From Chiloscyllium plagiosum (taxonomy: Eukaryota): a stretch of 64,000 nt of DNA. The stretch covers positions 1,508,927 through 1,572,926 of the forward strand of contig NC_057758.1 in assembly GCF_004010195.1 (NCBI RefSeq), written 5' to 3'. Shown here piece after piece: positions 11,530-22,800 of this stretch. The position numbers and the translations under genes are program-made. The notes under the pieces were generated by a model, which had not been told where the DNA came from, searched no databases, and was given only the letters and a program-made list of their open reading frames with translations. The stretch's first letter is position 1; every line of letters begins with the position of its first letter.

Positions 11530-11637
11530 CTCTTGCTTGAAGGAGCAACCCTCCGAAAGCTTGTGATTTCCAATAACCTGGTGTTGTGTGACTTCTGACC
11601 TTGTCTACCCCAGTCCAACACCAGCATCTCTACATCA
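11530..11637 (+). mobile_element. Penelope-type tail fragment (same family as 648-995)
   Basis: tgaaggagcaaccctccgaaagcttgtg...aacctggtgttgtgtgact...ccccagtccaacacc is the reverse complement of the 652-770 arm. The CTGATGA box is mutated. Confidence 0.65.
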
Positions 11638-11949
11638 TTTATAAAACAAGAGTCTTTGTCTTAGTTCCCAGTGATAACATGTGAATTAAAGAAAGGCTTG
11701 AAATAATTATAACTCAAAAATGACAAGTTAGTCATCTTACAGGAATAAGAAAAAAACTAATAATAGAGTTGGTGGGAGCAGATAATCAGAAACAAGAAGC
11801 ATTGTGCGTGTTCCTACACTAAATGCACTCCAGCGATTCAAGAAGGCAACTCACCACCATATCCTGTGATATCGTTCAAGGGCAACTAGGTATAGATCAA
11901 TTATTATTAGCTGATAACAAAGCACGCACTCACTCCCTTAGATGAATTG

Positions 11950-12310
11950 CAACATGGAGAACAGGAGAAACTAAATCTGGCTACAGTTGTACAGAGCCTT
12001 GATGAGATGCTACCTGTAATACTCTCTATGGAGGGAAAGATATGCATACCATAAGGAATCCAATAAAGTTCATTAGACTGTTCATGTGATAGTGGGATTC
12101 TCTGCTAAGGAGAGATTGAGGTGACTGGAATGCTTGAAAATGAGGTGATTTCTCTTTGAGTTAAACAAAATTCTGAGAAACCTCAAAAGGGCAAATGCAG
12201 TTAAGATGCCCTTGTTGGCATGTGCCTTTAAAGCGAAGGGAAGAGTGTATCAGAATTAGAAGTCAACATTTTTAGGCTGAGAAGAGGATTAATTTTGCTG
12301 TGGAGATGAA
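11950..12310 (+). mobile_element. Old CR1 RT C-terminal fragment
   Basis: Degenerate LQLYRAL and KFIRL/EERL-like segments. Confidence 0.45.
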
Positions 12311-12626
12311 TCTTCAGTTTTGCAGTTACTGGCGTAAGGGAGGATGAGTTATAGAATGCGAACAGTGCAGAAGGAAGCTATTCAACCCATCAGGTCTGCA
12401 CTGACCCTCTGAAAAGCATATCACACAGACTGATCCCAGTGCCCTACCGCAATAGCTTAGCATTTCCCATAGCTAACCCATATAGCCTGCATGTCCCTGG
12501 ACACTAATGTGGTAAATTATCATAACCAATGCAATGATAAAGAAAGACGTTTTCTAGTCCCAATCAAAATTGAGGTCTTAATGATCCAGCTACCAAATTG
12601 AGAATCAATGCACTCACATGCGATTA

Positions 12627-12781
12627 GGAGAAAGTGAGGAATGAGGATGCAGAGTCGAGATTGTGGGCATAATGACATTTTGGGCATAAGCCCTTCATCA
12701 GGCTTTTGCCTGAAACCTTGATTCTCCTGCTCCTCAGATGCTGCTTACACTGCTGTGCTTTACCATATCAGCACCACACTT
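12627..12781. mobile_element. Penelope-type fold-back tail fragment
   Basis: The left part aggagaaagtgagg...gggcataagcccttcatcagg reads as a minus-strand hammerhead core with CpG decay. It is joined to the plus-strand tail gaaaccttgattctcctgctcctcagatgctg. Confidence 0.7.
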
Positions 12782-14669
12782 TCCATTCATGTACAAGGTC
12801 ATGCGATCACCAAAACCCAAGGCAAAAGAAACTGAGAGCAATTCTACCTGTTTCTGCTTGGACTTTGACCCGCAGACATTCTTTTTTGCCTATATTAACT
12901 ACCCACAGGTTTTCTACAAACAAGATGCTTGTCCATCCACCCATTCAATATCTGAGAGTCAGAGCGTCACCCAGAACAGAATAGGCCTTTCAGCCCATTG
13001 AGTGCACCGATGACGTCATCTAGTGTATTTACACTTATTTCACATTGTTTATTTGGATTAATTGGGGAACAGTTTAAGCTTGAGTTAATAATGAATTGTT
13101 TTCGTCACACATTAAGAACTAAAGTGTACTTTTAGAAATATATTTTCTCTTTACTTGTTCATTAATATAACAGAGTCATTGCATACATTCAAGACAGGGA
13201 TCGATTTTAATAGTTTTAAAGCAATTTACGTGAAATAGGGATAGTGAGCAATGGCATAACAGGGTCAAGGGAGAAGACATGGTACACTGGCTGTTTACAC
13301 ATCCTATGTTTTTCCTGCTGCTGGATCTGAGAACACAGTGTGCACAAGACTAGTTTCACATCAGAAAGCAATATAATGTGCAATTGATGGTTAACAAATT
13401 GCCAGAACAAATTCACATGATCATGAATAATATTTGACAATCAGATGACTAAACAGTTTAAACAAATATTTCAACAATTTTTCCTCAATCTCCACAATCT
13501 GAAGTTCTCAGATTCTCATTTAAACTGTAATTTAATAATTATTATTCTAGCTATTTGTGAATAGTGCTGATGGACTGAATTGATTGTACAATCAATCATA
13601 TTAATTGTGCTATGCAACTGCTAATTAAATATGAGCTATTAATATAGGGGCCTGCCAGGTAATATTGTTAGTTAATAATTGTATCATGGTACATCAGCAA
13701 TGTTTCTGTCATGTCTTTTAGTTTTTAAAGTCAAATAAATGTTTCTTGTGGCTGTTTGAGTAATTGGTATAAAAGTGTAACTTCATTTACACAAAAACCT
13801 GTGCGGATTCAAATTGATGATTCTGAAATTAATTCATTCTCTGATGAGGTATGATTGAAATGTTAATGTAAAGCTGTTTTCTTTGTTAGTTCTTCATCTC
13901 TGTGACTGAAGATGGGAGAACATAAGGTTTTCAAGCAATCCATGCCATTTAAAAATAAGGTAAATTTATTCAATTTCCCCGATGATTGCACATCTTAGTA
14001 AAGGAACTGGACCCACGCCAATGCTAAAATTGAATCAATTACTTTTGGGGGAATTCAATCATGCACCGAATTTTATTGAGATTCATTTGTTCATGTTTGA
14101 GAAATATTCTTTACAAATAGATGGTGGTGAATAGTGGTGAAAAAGTATATATGACAAATGGCGAAATACAGATTAAGTAAGAAAAGTTTGAAGAGAATGA
14201 TGCAAATATCACTCTTGTTGCATAAAACAGAAGCATTGGATGTTTGGATGACGCAGCGTTGCAAAGAAGTTGTGAGGTATGTTTTATTTTCACAATTCGA
14301 ATGTTGGAAATGGAATTGCGATGTTCACATGTTAGTTACATGAAGTCATGTAACTTTTGGAGAAACTGGATTTTGATTCCCTTGGGAGGTAAGCGTGACC
14401 CCCTATCCCGCTTCTCCCTAAAACTCCATGAAAGAGTGGCGAGGGACAGGCGGAGCATCTAATAGCCGAATGTGCTGCTCCTTGATCTGGGCAATGGGCA
14501 ATAATGAGAGAATGTAAGAACTCCACTCTGAGGCAATATCGATTCACCCTCTCCCAAAGTTGCACTGGTTCCCAGTTTCATTTCATCTATAGACTCAACA
14601 AAATACTTTCTCTGACAACATCAAGACAGGCAAGCTCCATTGAGTTGTGGACAGTAATATCTGTCCTAT

Positions 14670-15330
14670 GAACCCTGCCCTTTGATTCCCATCACTTTCT
14701 GTCCCCTTGAGGCCACTCTGTCCAACCGCAACCCTTGCCGTGTGTTCACCATACTTCCTGACCTTCCTCCCTCTGAGGCTGAGAGTGCTACCAGTAGCTT
14801 CATACCCTCACACACTCACCTCACCATTATGAATTTTGGGCTCATAATGATGTTGAACTGTTCCGCAGGCTCTGACTCTGCCTCCCCATTCCATTGATCA
14901 CTTCATCTGCCTCCAATATTCACCCTCCACTTGGACTCCTTCCCCTGCATATCTAACTGTCCTCAAACTCCTCATTGAAAACTGCTAACGTGTCATTGCC
15001 CATCTCAATTTCTCAGCTCCTGTCACGTCCTCTAACCTCTCCTGTTCTGACGCTGCACTTCACTGTCTTAAGTCCAAACCTAACATTGTTAACAAAACAG
15101 CTGACAAACATCTGAACATCAAGCCTTTGTTGCCAGCAGAGTCACTGAGCTAATTACTTATAGAGATCTCCACCCCACCCCACTCCCACCACTGCCTCTA
15201 TCCTAGCAGTCTCCAAAACCCAGACAGCCTGCTTCTACCTCTTTCTCAAAATCTACCAAATGAACCTGCCCCGATAGGCCCATCATATCAGCCTATTCAT
15301 GCCACACTGAGTTAATTGCCTCCTACTTAT
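14670..15330 (+). mobile_element. Penelope-like element, degraded ORF remnant (RT N-terminal region)
   Basis: Remnants PCRVFTILPDLPPSEAE, KSKPNIVNKTADK (the PLE KPADKG motif), TACFYLFLKIY and RPIISAYSCHTELIASYL (the GRPIVS motif). Confidence 0.7.
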
Positions 15331-15339
15331 CCTAAGCAG

Positions 15340-16360
15340 AATACGTCACTGATAATCACAGTATATGGACCACACTGTATTGGGGCAGGCAATAAATATG
15401 GTTACAGATCGGAGAATTGTATATTCAAAGGTGCTTAGCATTTCGGAAATATAGACTGAAAGGAAAAGGAAATAGTGTGGCCCAGCTGGTGAAGGAAGGG
15501 GTCAATGCCGTAATGAGAAATGACATCGCACAAGAGATTAAGATGTGAAATCTCTCTGGATACAAAGAAGAAATAGCAAAGGGAAGAATTACTTGGTAAA
15601 ATCAATCTATGCGTCCCAAACAGTAGTTCTGCAGTGGGGCACAGAGTAAACCAAGAAGTATTATAGTCCTTCGATAAAAAGGACTTCAATAATGATGGGT
15701 GATTTTAACATGCAACAGATTGGAATAATCAAATTGACGAGGGTAGCCTGGAGGGAGAGTTCACTGAATGTGTCAGTGATTGTTTTTCACAGTAGTATGC
15801 TGGATTCTCTAAAGATGTAAGAAGCAAAATGGGTGATGGGGATTCTGTAGATGTAATATATCGGGACTTCTGGAAGGCCTTTGATAACGTGCTGTACAAA
15901 AGGTTAAATCACAAGTTTTGCATCGTATGAGATTAGGGGGAATTTATTAGCTTGAATAGGCGACTGACTGATGGACAGAAGACCGAGAGTCAGGATAAAT
16001 ACTTGTTTTTCCTACATGGCAAGAAGTAACTAGAGGGATGCCAGAGGATTCAGTCCTTGAGTTCAAGCTGTTTTCTGTCTACATTAACGACGTGATTACA
16101 GGGATAGATAGCTCTATTACCTAGTTTCCAGATGACTCTAAAGTAGGCGGGATGGTAACTTGTAATGATAAAATAAGAACCGTACAAATGTATACGCATA
16201 GGTGAGGAGAGTGGGCCAAAATGTGGCAGATGGCTTTTAGCGTTTGCATTTTGGTCGGAAATATGGATAGGCAACCTATTATCTAAATGGGAGAGGGGGC
16301 CTTTAGGGTACTATGGTATAGAGGGATCATGAGACACAGAAAACTAGCATACAGGTATGC
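15340..16360 (+). mobile_element. Old CR1 fragments (APE and RT pieces)
   Basis: MGDFNM, DVIYRDFWKAFDNV, GMPEDSVL, YINDV and FPDDSKVGG-like remnants. Confidence 0.65.
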
Positions 16361-16579
16361 CCTTCGGACTCTCATAATTCAAGTTGACACAGATCGTGAG
16401 GGCAGACAGTGATGTTGAGCAAGGTGCTGAATTTTCACCTGGGATGATTCACTCCTGTCCAATCCACTTGTCCAAAGCTGTCAGACAGGAGGGAAGCAAG
16501 GTTTAGCCTGTGTTCCAGGCAAATAACATGGACAAAAATGGGTCCATTGAGTATGGTGGGTGGTATAATGCGCTCTAGC

Positions 16580-17240
16580 CAAAGAGTACAGAGGCCAGAA
16601 CTGTGCACGTACTCCAAGTGTGGTCTAATTGAGGGATACAGAGAGTAGAGCTGTGCACAGTACTCCAGGTAGGAGAAAGTGAGAACTGCAGCTGCTGGAG
16701 TCAGAGTCAAGATTGTGGTTCTGGAAAAGTACAGCAGGTCAGCGAACATCTGAGAAGTAGGAAAATTGATGTTTCGGGGCTGGTGAAGGGCTTATGCCTG
16801 AAATGTCAATTTGTCTGCTCATCGGATGCTGCCTGACCTGCGATGATTTTCCAGCACCACATTTTCGACAAAGTGCTCCAGGTGTGATCTGACTGAGGGA
16901 AACAGAGAGTAGAACTGTGCACAGCACTTCAGTAACTGAGTGGAACGTGGAATTGCATACACTGCTCGAAGTGTAGTCAAAACTAGGGATATGGAGACTG
17001 CAACAGTGCTCCAAATGTGGACGATCCAAGGGGTATAGAGACCCTGTGCATCGTGCTGTGGGTATGGTCTAACTGAGGGATATGGTGACCAGAAGTGAGC
17101 ACAATGCCCTTAATATTCTGTACCTCAGAGATATGATGACTTGAACTGTGAACAGTGGCCCCAGTGTGGTCTGATGGCAAGATATGAAAACCAGAACTGT
17201 GCACTGTGCTTTTTGCATAGTCTAACTGAGGGACATGTAG
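16580..17240 (+). repeat. Degenerate ~50-bp minisatellite derived from a minus-strand CR1 RT motif
   Basis: Recurring (g)accagaactgtgcacagtactccaagtgtggtctaactgagggata. Its reverse strand encodes RPHLEYCAQ/FW, the CR1 RPHLEYCVQFWSP motif. Confidence 0.7.
16671..16871. mobile_element. Penelope-type fold-back tail insertion
   Basis: Inverted arms around a degenerate hammerhead core. TSD agtactccaggt (16659-16670) / agtgctccaggt (16872-16883). Confidence 0.75.
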
Positions 17241-17427
17241 AAAACTATATGGATTCACAGAAAAACACCTGAGATCCAACCATTTGTTAGAATTTAGCTT
17301 TCTGACAAGCTTCACATGAGATGACTGAATCACAATTAGACTGGATCACATGAACAGCGAAAAAGTAACAGGACTACCTACTTTCGTCAAACTGTGTGGT
17401 TTGAAGGTGGCACTTTAAAAAAAAGGG

Positions 17428-17560
17428 TAAAATCAAGGACTGCAGATGCTGGAAACCAGATTCTAGATTAGAGTGGTTCTGGAAAAGCACAGCAGTTCAG
17501 GTAGCATCTGAGGAGCAGGAAAATCGACGTTTCGGGCAAAAATCCTTCATCAGGAATAGA
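17428..17560 (-). mobile_element. Penelope-type tail with hammerhead core
   Basis: Minus strand reads attc-CTGATGA-AGGATTTTTGCCC-GAAA-CGTC-gatt at about 17521-17558. A second, more degenerate copy lies at about 17730-17820. Confidence 0.75.
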
Positions 17561-18439
17561 GGCAGAGCCCTGCAGGCACTCTGCCACTCTAATCTTTACA
17601 AAAAAGGGGGATGGACAAAGAGATGGATGCTGTGAGGAAGATTAGGATTTGAGGATATGACGCACAGCTGTCAATGACAGGAGCATGAATGTCTGTGACT
17701 GTCCCAATGGAGAGAATTAGAGGGATGAGTTGACAGTGTGGTGCTGGAAAAACGCAGCAGGGCAGACGGCATTCAAAAAGCAGGAGAGTTGACTTCTGAC
17801 AAAAGCCCTTCATCAGGATCAGGATGACGATGTCTCACGGGCTGGACTACTGGAGGTTGATTATGAAAGAGGGGTGAGTGTAGGGTTTGTGACTGTGGTT
17901 TCGAATTAATGAAATATATCCCTACCAGCAACACGGTAGTACAAGAGGTCTAATGATAAGTAGTTGGAGGATAATCGCTTTGGCTACTCCATTGAAACTT
18001 ATGATGAAATCTCATTTATAAGAATAGTCAAGCCTCAAACTGGGAGCTTTCCATTCGAGAAGAGATTTTTTTCTGATCCTGCAACCACGACTTGCGGATG
18101 ACATGAAAGCACAGATCAGCCACGATCCTCCTTAATGTCAGCACAGGTTTAACGAGCTGAATGGACACTTTCTAGGGCAATTAACATTTCAGCAGATCCA
18201 GTGCTGAGAGATGGACTGGCCTCCAGGAAGAAACATGATATAATTTGTCATAACAAAATATTCCACCAGAAGCAAGGTTGCATGGATAAAAGCAGATCGT
18301 TCCCCATTTTCAACTGAGCTCATCAGAGATGCAGCGAGATGACTTGAACATGGACAACCTTTTATGGGATATCAAATGATTGTCTCACGAATGATCACAA
18401 AGTATTGGACTCTAGATTTTGGGCATATAGAGTCCTATA

Positions 18440-19830
18440 ACACAGAGACTAAGCATCAAGGAGCACGAGAAAAACTGGAATGAATGGTTATTAGGGTGCA
18501 AACAATCCACTGGTTAGAGGCAGACCTGAAATAAAGGTTGTGGTGGTAGAGGATCAATCATCTCAACTCCAGCGCATCTCTCCAGGAGTCTCTCAGAGTA
18601 GTGTCCTAGGCGCAAGAATTTTCAGCTGCTTTATCAATGATCTTCTTTCTGTCATAAAAATTAGAGGTAGGGATGTGCACCCATGATTGCACAGTGGTCA
18701 GCACTATTCACAACTCATCAGCTCTGTGCTCAGATGCAACAAAATTTAGGTAATATCTAGGCTTGGTCTGCCAAGTGCAAGTAAAAGTCACACAACACAA
18801 ATGCCAGAGAATGACCATCACCAATAAGAGACAATTTAACCACTGCCCCTTGACATTCAACGTTAGTACCATCACTAAATACCCCACTGTCAACATCCAT
18901 GGGGTTATCAGAAACTCAACTGGGCTCATCACGTAAATGCAGTTGTTCCAAGAGCAGGTCAGAGACTAGGGATACTTACCTCCTGAGACGCCAAAGTCTA
19001 TATACTATCTACAACGTACAAGTCAGTAGTGTGATGGAATACTCCGTATTTGCCTGGATGAGTGTAGCTCCAACAACACTCCAACAGCTTGACACCATCC
19101 AGGACAAAGCAACCCCCTTGATTGGCACTACATCTACAAGCATTCAATCCAAGCTCAACCAGCACTCAGAAGAAGCAGTGTGTCCTAACTACAAGATGCA
19201 GTGCAGAAATTCACCGTGGGTGGCACGGTGGCACAGTGGTTAGCACTGCTGCCTCACAGCGCCTGAGACCCGGGTTCAATTCCCGCCTCAGGCGACTGAC
19301 TGTGTGGAGTTTGCACGTTCTCCCCGTGTCTGCGTGGGTTTCCTCCGGGTGCTCCGGTTTCCTCCCACAGTCCAAAGATGTGCAGGGTCAGGTGAATTGG
19401 CCATACTAAATTGCCCGTAGTGTTAGGTAAGGGGTAAATGTAGGGGTATGGGTGGGTTTCGCTTCGGCGGGTCGGTGTGGACTTGTTGGGCCGAAGGGCC
19501 TGTTTCCAGACTGTAATCTAATCTAATCTAATCTAATCTAATCTAATCTAATCATTAGACAGCACCTTCCAAACCCACGACCTCTTCAACCTAGAAGGAC
19601 AACGGGCAGCAGGTACTTGGGAATACCACACCTGCAAGTTCTCCTCCAAGTGACTCAACACTCTGATTTGGAAATATACTGGAATTCCCTCCCTACCTGC
19701 ATTGTGGGTCAATCCACAGCAAGTGATTCAAGAAGGCAGCTGGTCTTCTTGAGCAAATAGGAATGGACAAGTGATCAAAACTGAACACTATACTCTAAGT
19801 GCTGGCTAGCCAGTGATGGCCAAGTCCCAC
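18440..19830 (+). mobile_element. CR1-group LINE 3' part (second family), split by the SINE at 19218
   Basis: GVSQSSVLG, FSCFINDL, KCQRMTI and TIYNVQVSSVMEYSVFAW. The sequence resumes after the SINE with cagcaccttccaaaccc...gattcaagaaggcagct. This is the same family as the + strand fragment in the macrosatellite unit. Confidence 0.75.
19218..19552 (+). mobile_element. tRNA-derived V-SINE (HE1-like), full length and young
   Basis: A box tggcacagtgg, B box ggttcaattcc, V-domain gtgtctgcgtgggtttcctccgggtgctccggtttcctcccaca, CR1-like 3' end gggccgaagggcctg and a (TAATC)n tail. Confidence 0.93.
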
Positions 19831-22800
19831 AGATTAATAAATCAAAAGACTCAATCTGGTCCACGCTGACCACAAAGTCCATCCACGTTAACCACATTTC
19901 CCTGCATTTGGCACATCTACTTCTAATCCTTCCCAATCCATGTATTGTCCAAATAGCTTTTCAATGTTGTTAATGTAGCTGCGTCAACCACTTCCGCTGG
20001 CAGCTCACTCGCTATGTAAACAAACGTACTGAGACGACCTTGCTCTTGCACTCTCGATACTGATTCTGTCTTTCTAATTAATCTGTTTCCTCCCGTCTTT
20101 CTCAGTACTCTCCCTCTCCACCTCTCACCCAATATTTAGTATTTCTTTGTCTATTTGCCGTGTTCCTTGATTTAACTAGTTGTGTCTCTGCCTTCCTCCC
20201 TCTTCTGCTCCATTTTCCAATCATGGTTCCTCGGTGTGTGTTTATGAGTATGCATGTCTCTCTGAAAGAGTGAGTGCGTGCATGTTTGCTTTCTCTTCAC
20301 AAAATGTTTCACAATATGTAATGGATTATGCACGTACACAATTAACACTGAATAATCACAAGCTTATGCATTGGCCCTGTAAACTGACAGTGAACTCTTG
20401 CCTCATATTCAGCGCCAGCTCATTCTTTGCAACGTCACTGAAGGGTGACAGACAGGATGGTGACTGGCGACGAACAGTTTTACTTTAGAGGCGAATATTT
20501 AACCAAAACCAGCAAAGACTGACATGAGAATCTTGAGCTGAAAACTGGCAGGGTACACTCGTGTCACACAAATGTCAGGCAATGACCATCTCCAATTAAA
20601 GACAACAGAAGCATTACCTTGTGACATTCCATGGCATTACTACTACTGAATGGCCCACTGCCAACATCCTGGAAGTTACCGTTAAGAAGGAATATAATCC
20701 TCACACTTTTGTGTGTAATTGCATTACCATCATTGAATTCCTTCATAATTAACATCTTAAGGATTAGTACTGAGAGGGTCTCTAACCGCTGCTCCTTGAT
20801 GCCCAATGGCTTTACCAACATTCAATTTCTTCACTATGAACGTGAGAGTTAAAATTGACCAGAAACGTAACTAGATTCACCAAATCAGTACCGTGACCAT
20901 AAGGAAATGACAGAGACTGGGAAACCTGCAGTATAGAACTCAAATTCTGACTCCCACCAAAGCCTATCCATCATTGCCGAGACTGAATTCAGGGAATACT
21001 TGCCACTTTCCTGAATGGATGCAGCTCCAACAACACGGAAGCGAGACACCATCCACCAAAAGAAGCCAACCTGGTTGACACCACAACCACAAATATCGTT
21101 GAAAACGGGTTTCCTGTTCAGAGACACACTCAAAAGGAAATTGCTGAAAGAAGCTCGACAGCTCAGGCACCAGATATGAAGATAAAACAGAGGGAATGGT
21201 TCGCGTCCATATCTACAAGCATACACTCCTTCCCTTATTTGAAGATGTACTGCAGAACTTCACCAAATATACTCCAAGTGCATTTTGCAAAACCCACAAC
21301 CAATTATAAAGACAACGAAAATTGAAACACGAGACTATCAGCAACTGCAGGCTCCCTTCCAAGACATTCACCATCTTGACTTGGGAATACTTTGGGTCAA
21401 AACCTTCGATTTACTAGATCTACCTACTGCAGTGTACTACGCCCTTCTCACGGGGCAATTATGAATCGATAATAAATGCTGGGTCCAGGGGTTAATAAGA
21501 CTATGCACACATCAGTCACAGAGAGAGAAAGTTTGAGTGGTAGCGTATGAGGAAGTTGGGGAAGGATAGGCAGAAACACAGACTCATAAAGTCCTGCAGC
21601 AATGTAGGTGAAAGTGAGAACTGCAGATGTTGGAGATTAGTGTCAAGATTGTAGTGGTGCTGAAATAGCACAGCAGGTCAGTATTCAAGGAGCAAGAAAA
21701 TCTACGTTTCGGGCAGGAACTCGACTTTCCTGCCCCTTTGAAACTGCCTGACCTGCTGTGCTTTTCCAGCACCCCACTAATCTTGAATCTTACAGCAATG
21801 TGTTCATCCACATTAATATCATTTTCTGGCACTTGGCCAGTACATCTCTAACCGCTTCTCATCCATTTATTTGTTCAAATGTTTTTCTAAACATTCTTAA
21901 TGTCCCCGTCTCAACATCTTCTCTGGCAGCTCAGTTCATATGTGTACCGCCCTCTGTGCCCCTCAGATCCCCTTTTATTCGTTCCTCTGTAACTGTCAAA
22001 TGATGCTGTCTTGATCTCGACCCACTACACTCATGATTATACAGATCTAAAATTTCCTCCCTCAATTTCTTGCGCACTAAAGAACAAAATGTGAGCTTGT
22101 CTAACCTCTCCCCCTAACTCAGATCCTGGAGACCTGGGAACATCCTTGTAAATTTCTTCTGCAATATTTGTAGTTTCACAACCCCCTTCCGATAGCAAGC
22201 TGAAATAAAATTGAAAACATAGTTCAAGTGCAGCATCACAAACAATGAGGATAACTGCAACATACCAACTTCCATATTCAGTGCCCTGACTGAGAAAGGC
22301 CAGTGTGCCAAAAGACGTCTTCACTGCCTTGATTACCTAACTCTAACTCGAAACCTAACCCTATACCTAACCATAACCCGAACCATGACGCTAACCCTCA
22401 CCCTTAAATCTTTCAGAAAGCTGTGAACCGGAATTCCAAGATCTCTCGCTTCCACTACACTCCTTAAAGTCATATCATTCTCCATGGAACTCCTTCATTG
22501 ATTTGACTTTCCAAAATGCAAGATCTCACACTTATCTATATTAAACATAATTTGCCATTTCTCAGCCTCTTTGCCCAGCTCATCAAGTTCTTGCTGAAAT
22601 TTCCAAAAACATTCGTCACTACAGTAGGTATACTATTGTAGTGTTATCAGCGTTCTTGTTTATCATGCATTAACATCCCAATCGTTGATATAGATAACAA
22701 ACAGTGATGAGACTGCCCCTCTCATACAGCTCTCTAGATACTGATTCTGTCTTTCTGTGTAGTCTGTTTTCTCTCGTCTTTCTCAGTACTCTCCCTCTCC

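Noticed and set aside
13761..13799. Perfect RSS nonamer ACAAAAACC at 13791-13799
   Set aside because: No CAC-starting heptamer at 12 or 23 bp spacing and no adjacent V, D or J segment.
14158..14395. Strong donor-like sites (gag|gtatgt, gag|gtaagc) and a 9-bp inverted repeat gttacatga-ag-tcatgtaac
   Set aside because: No recognisable coding frame or matching acceptor; not enough to call exons or a regulatory site.
19218..19290. tRNA gene (A and B boxes)
   Set aside because: This is the tRNA-derived head of a V-SINE; the same applies near 27655, 48703, 49296 and 57600.
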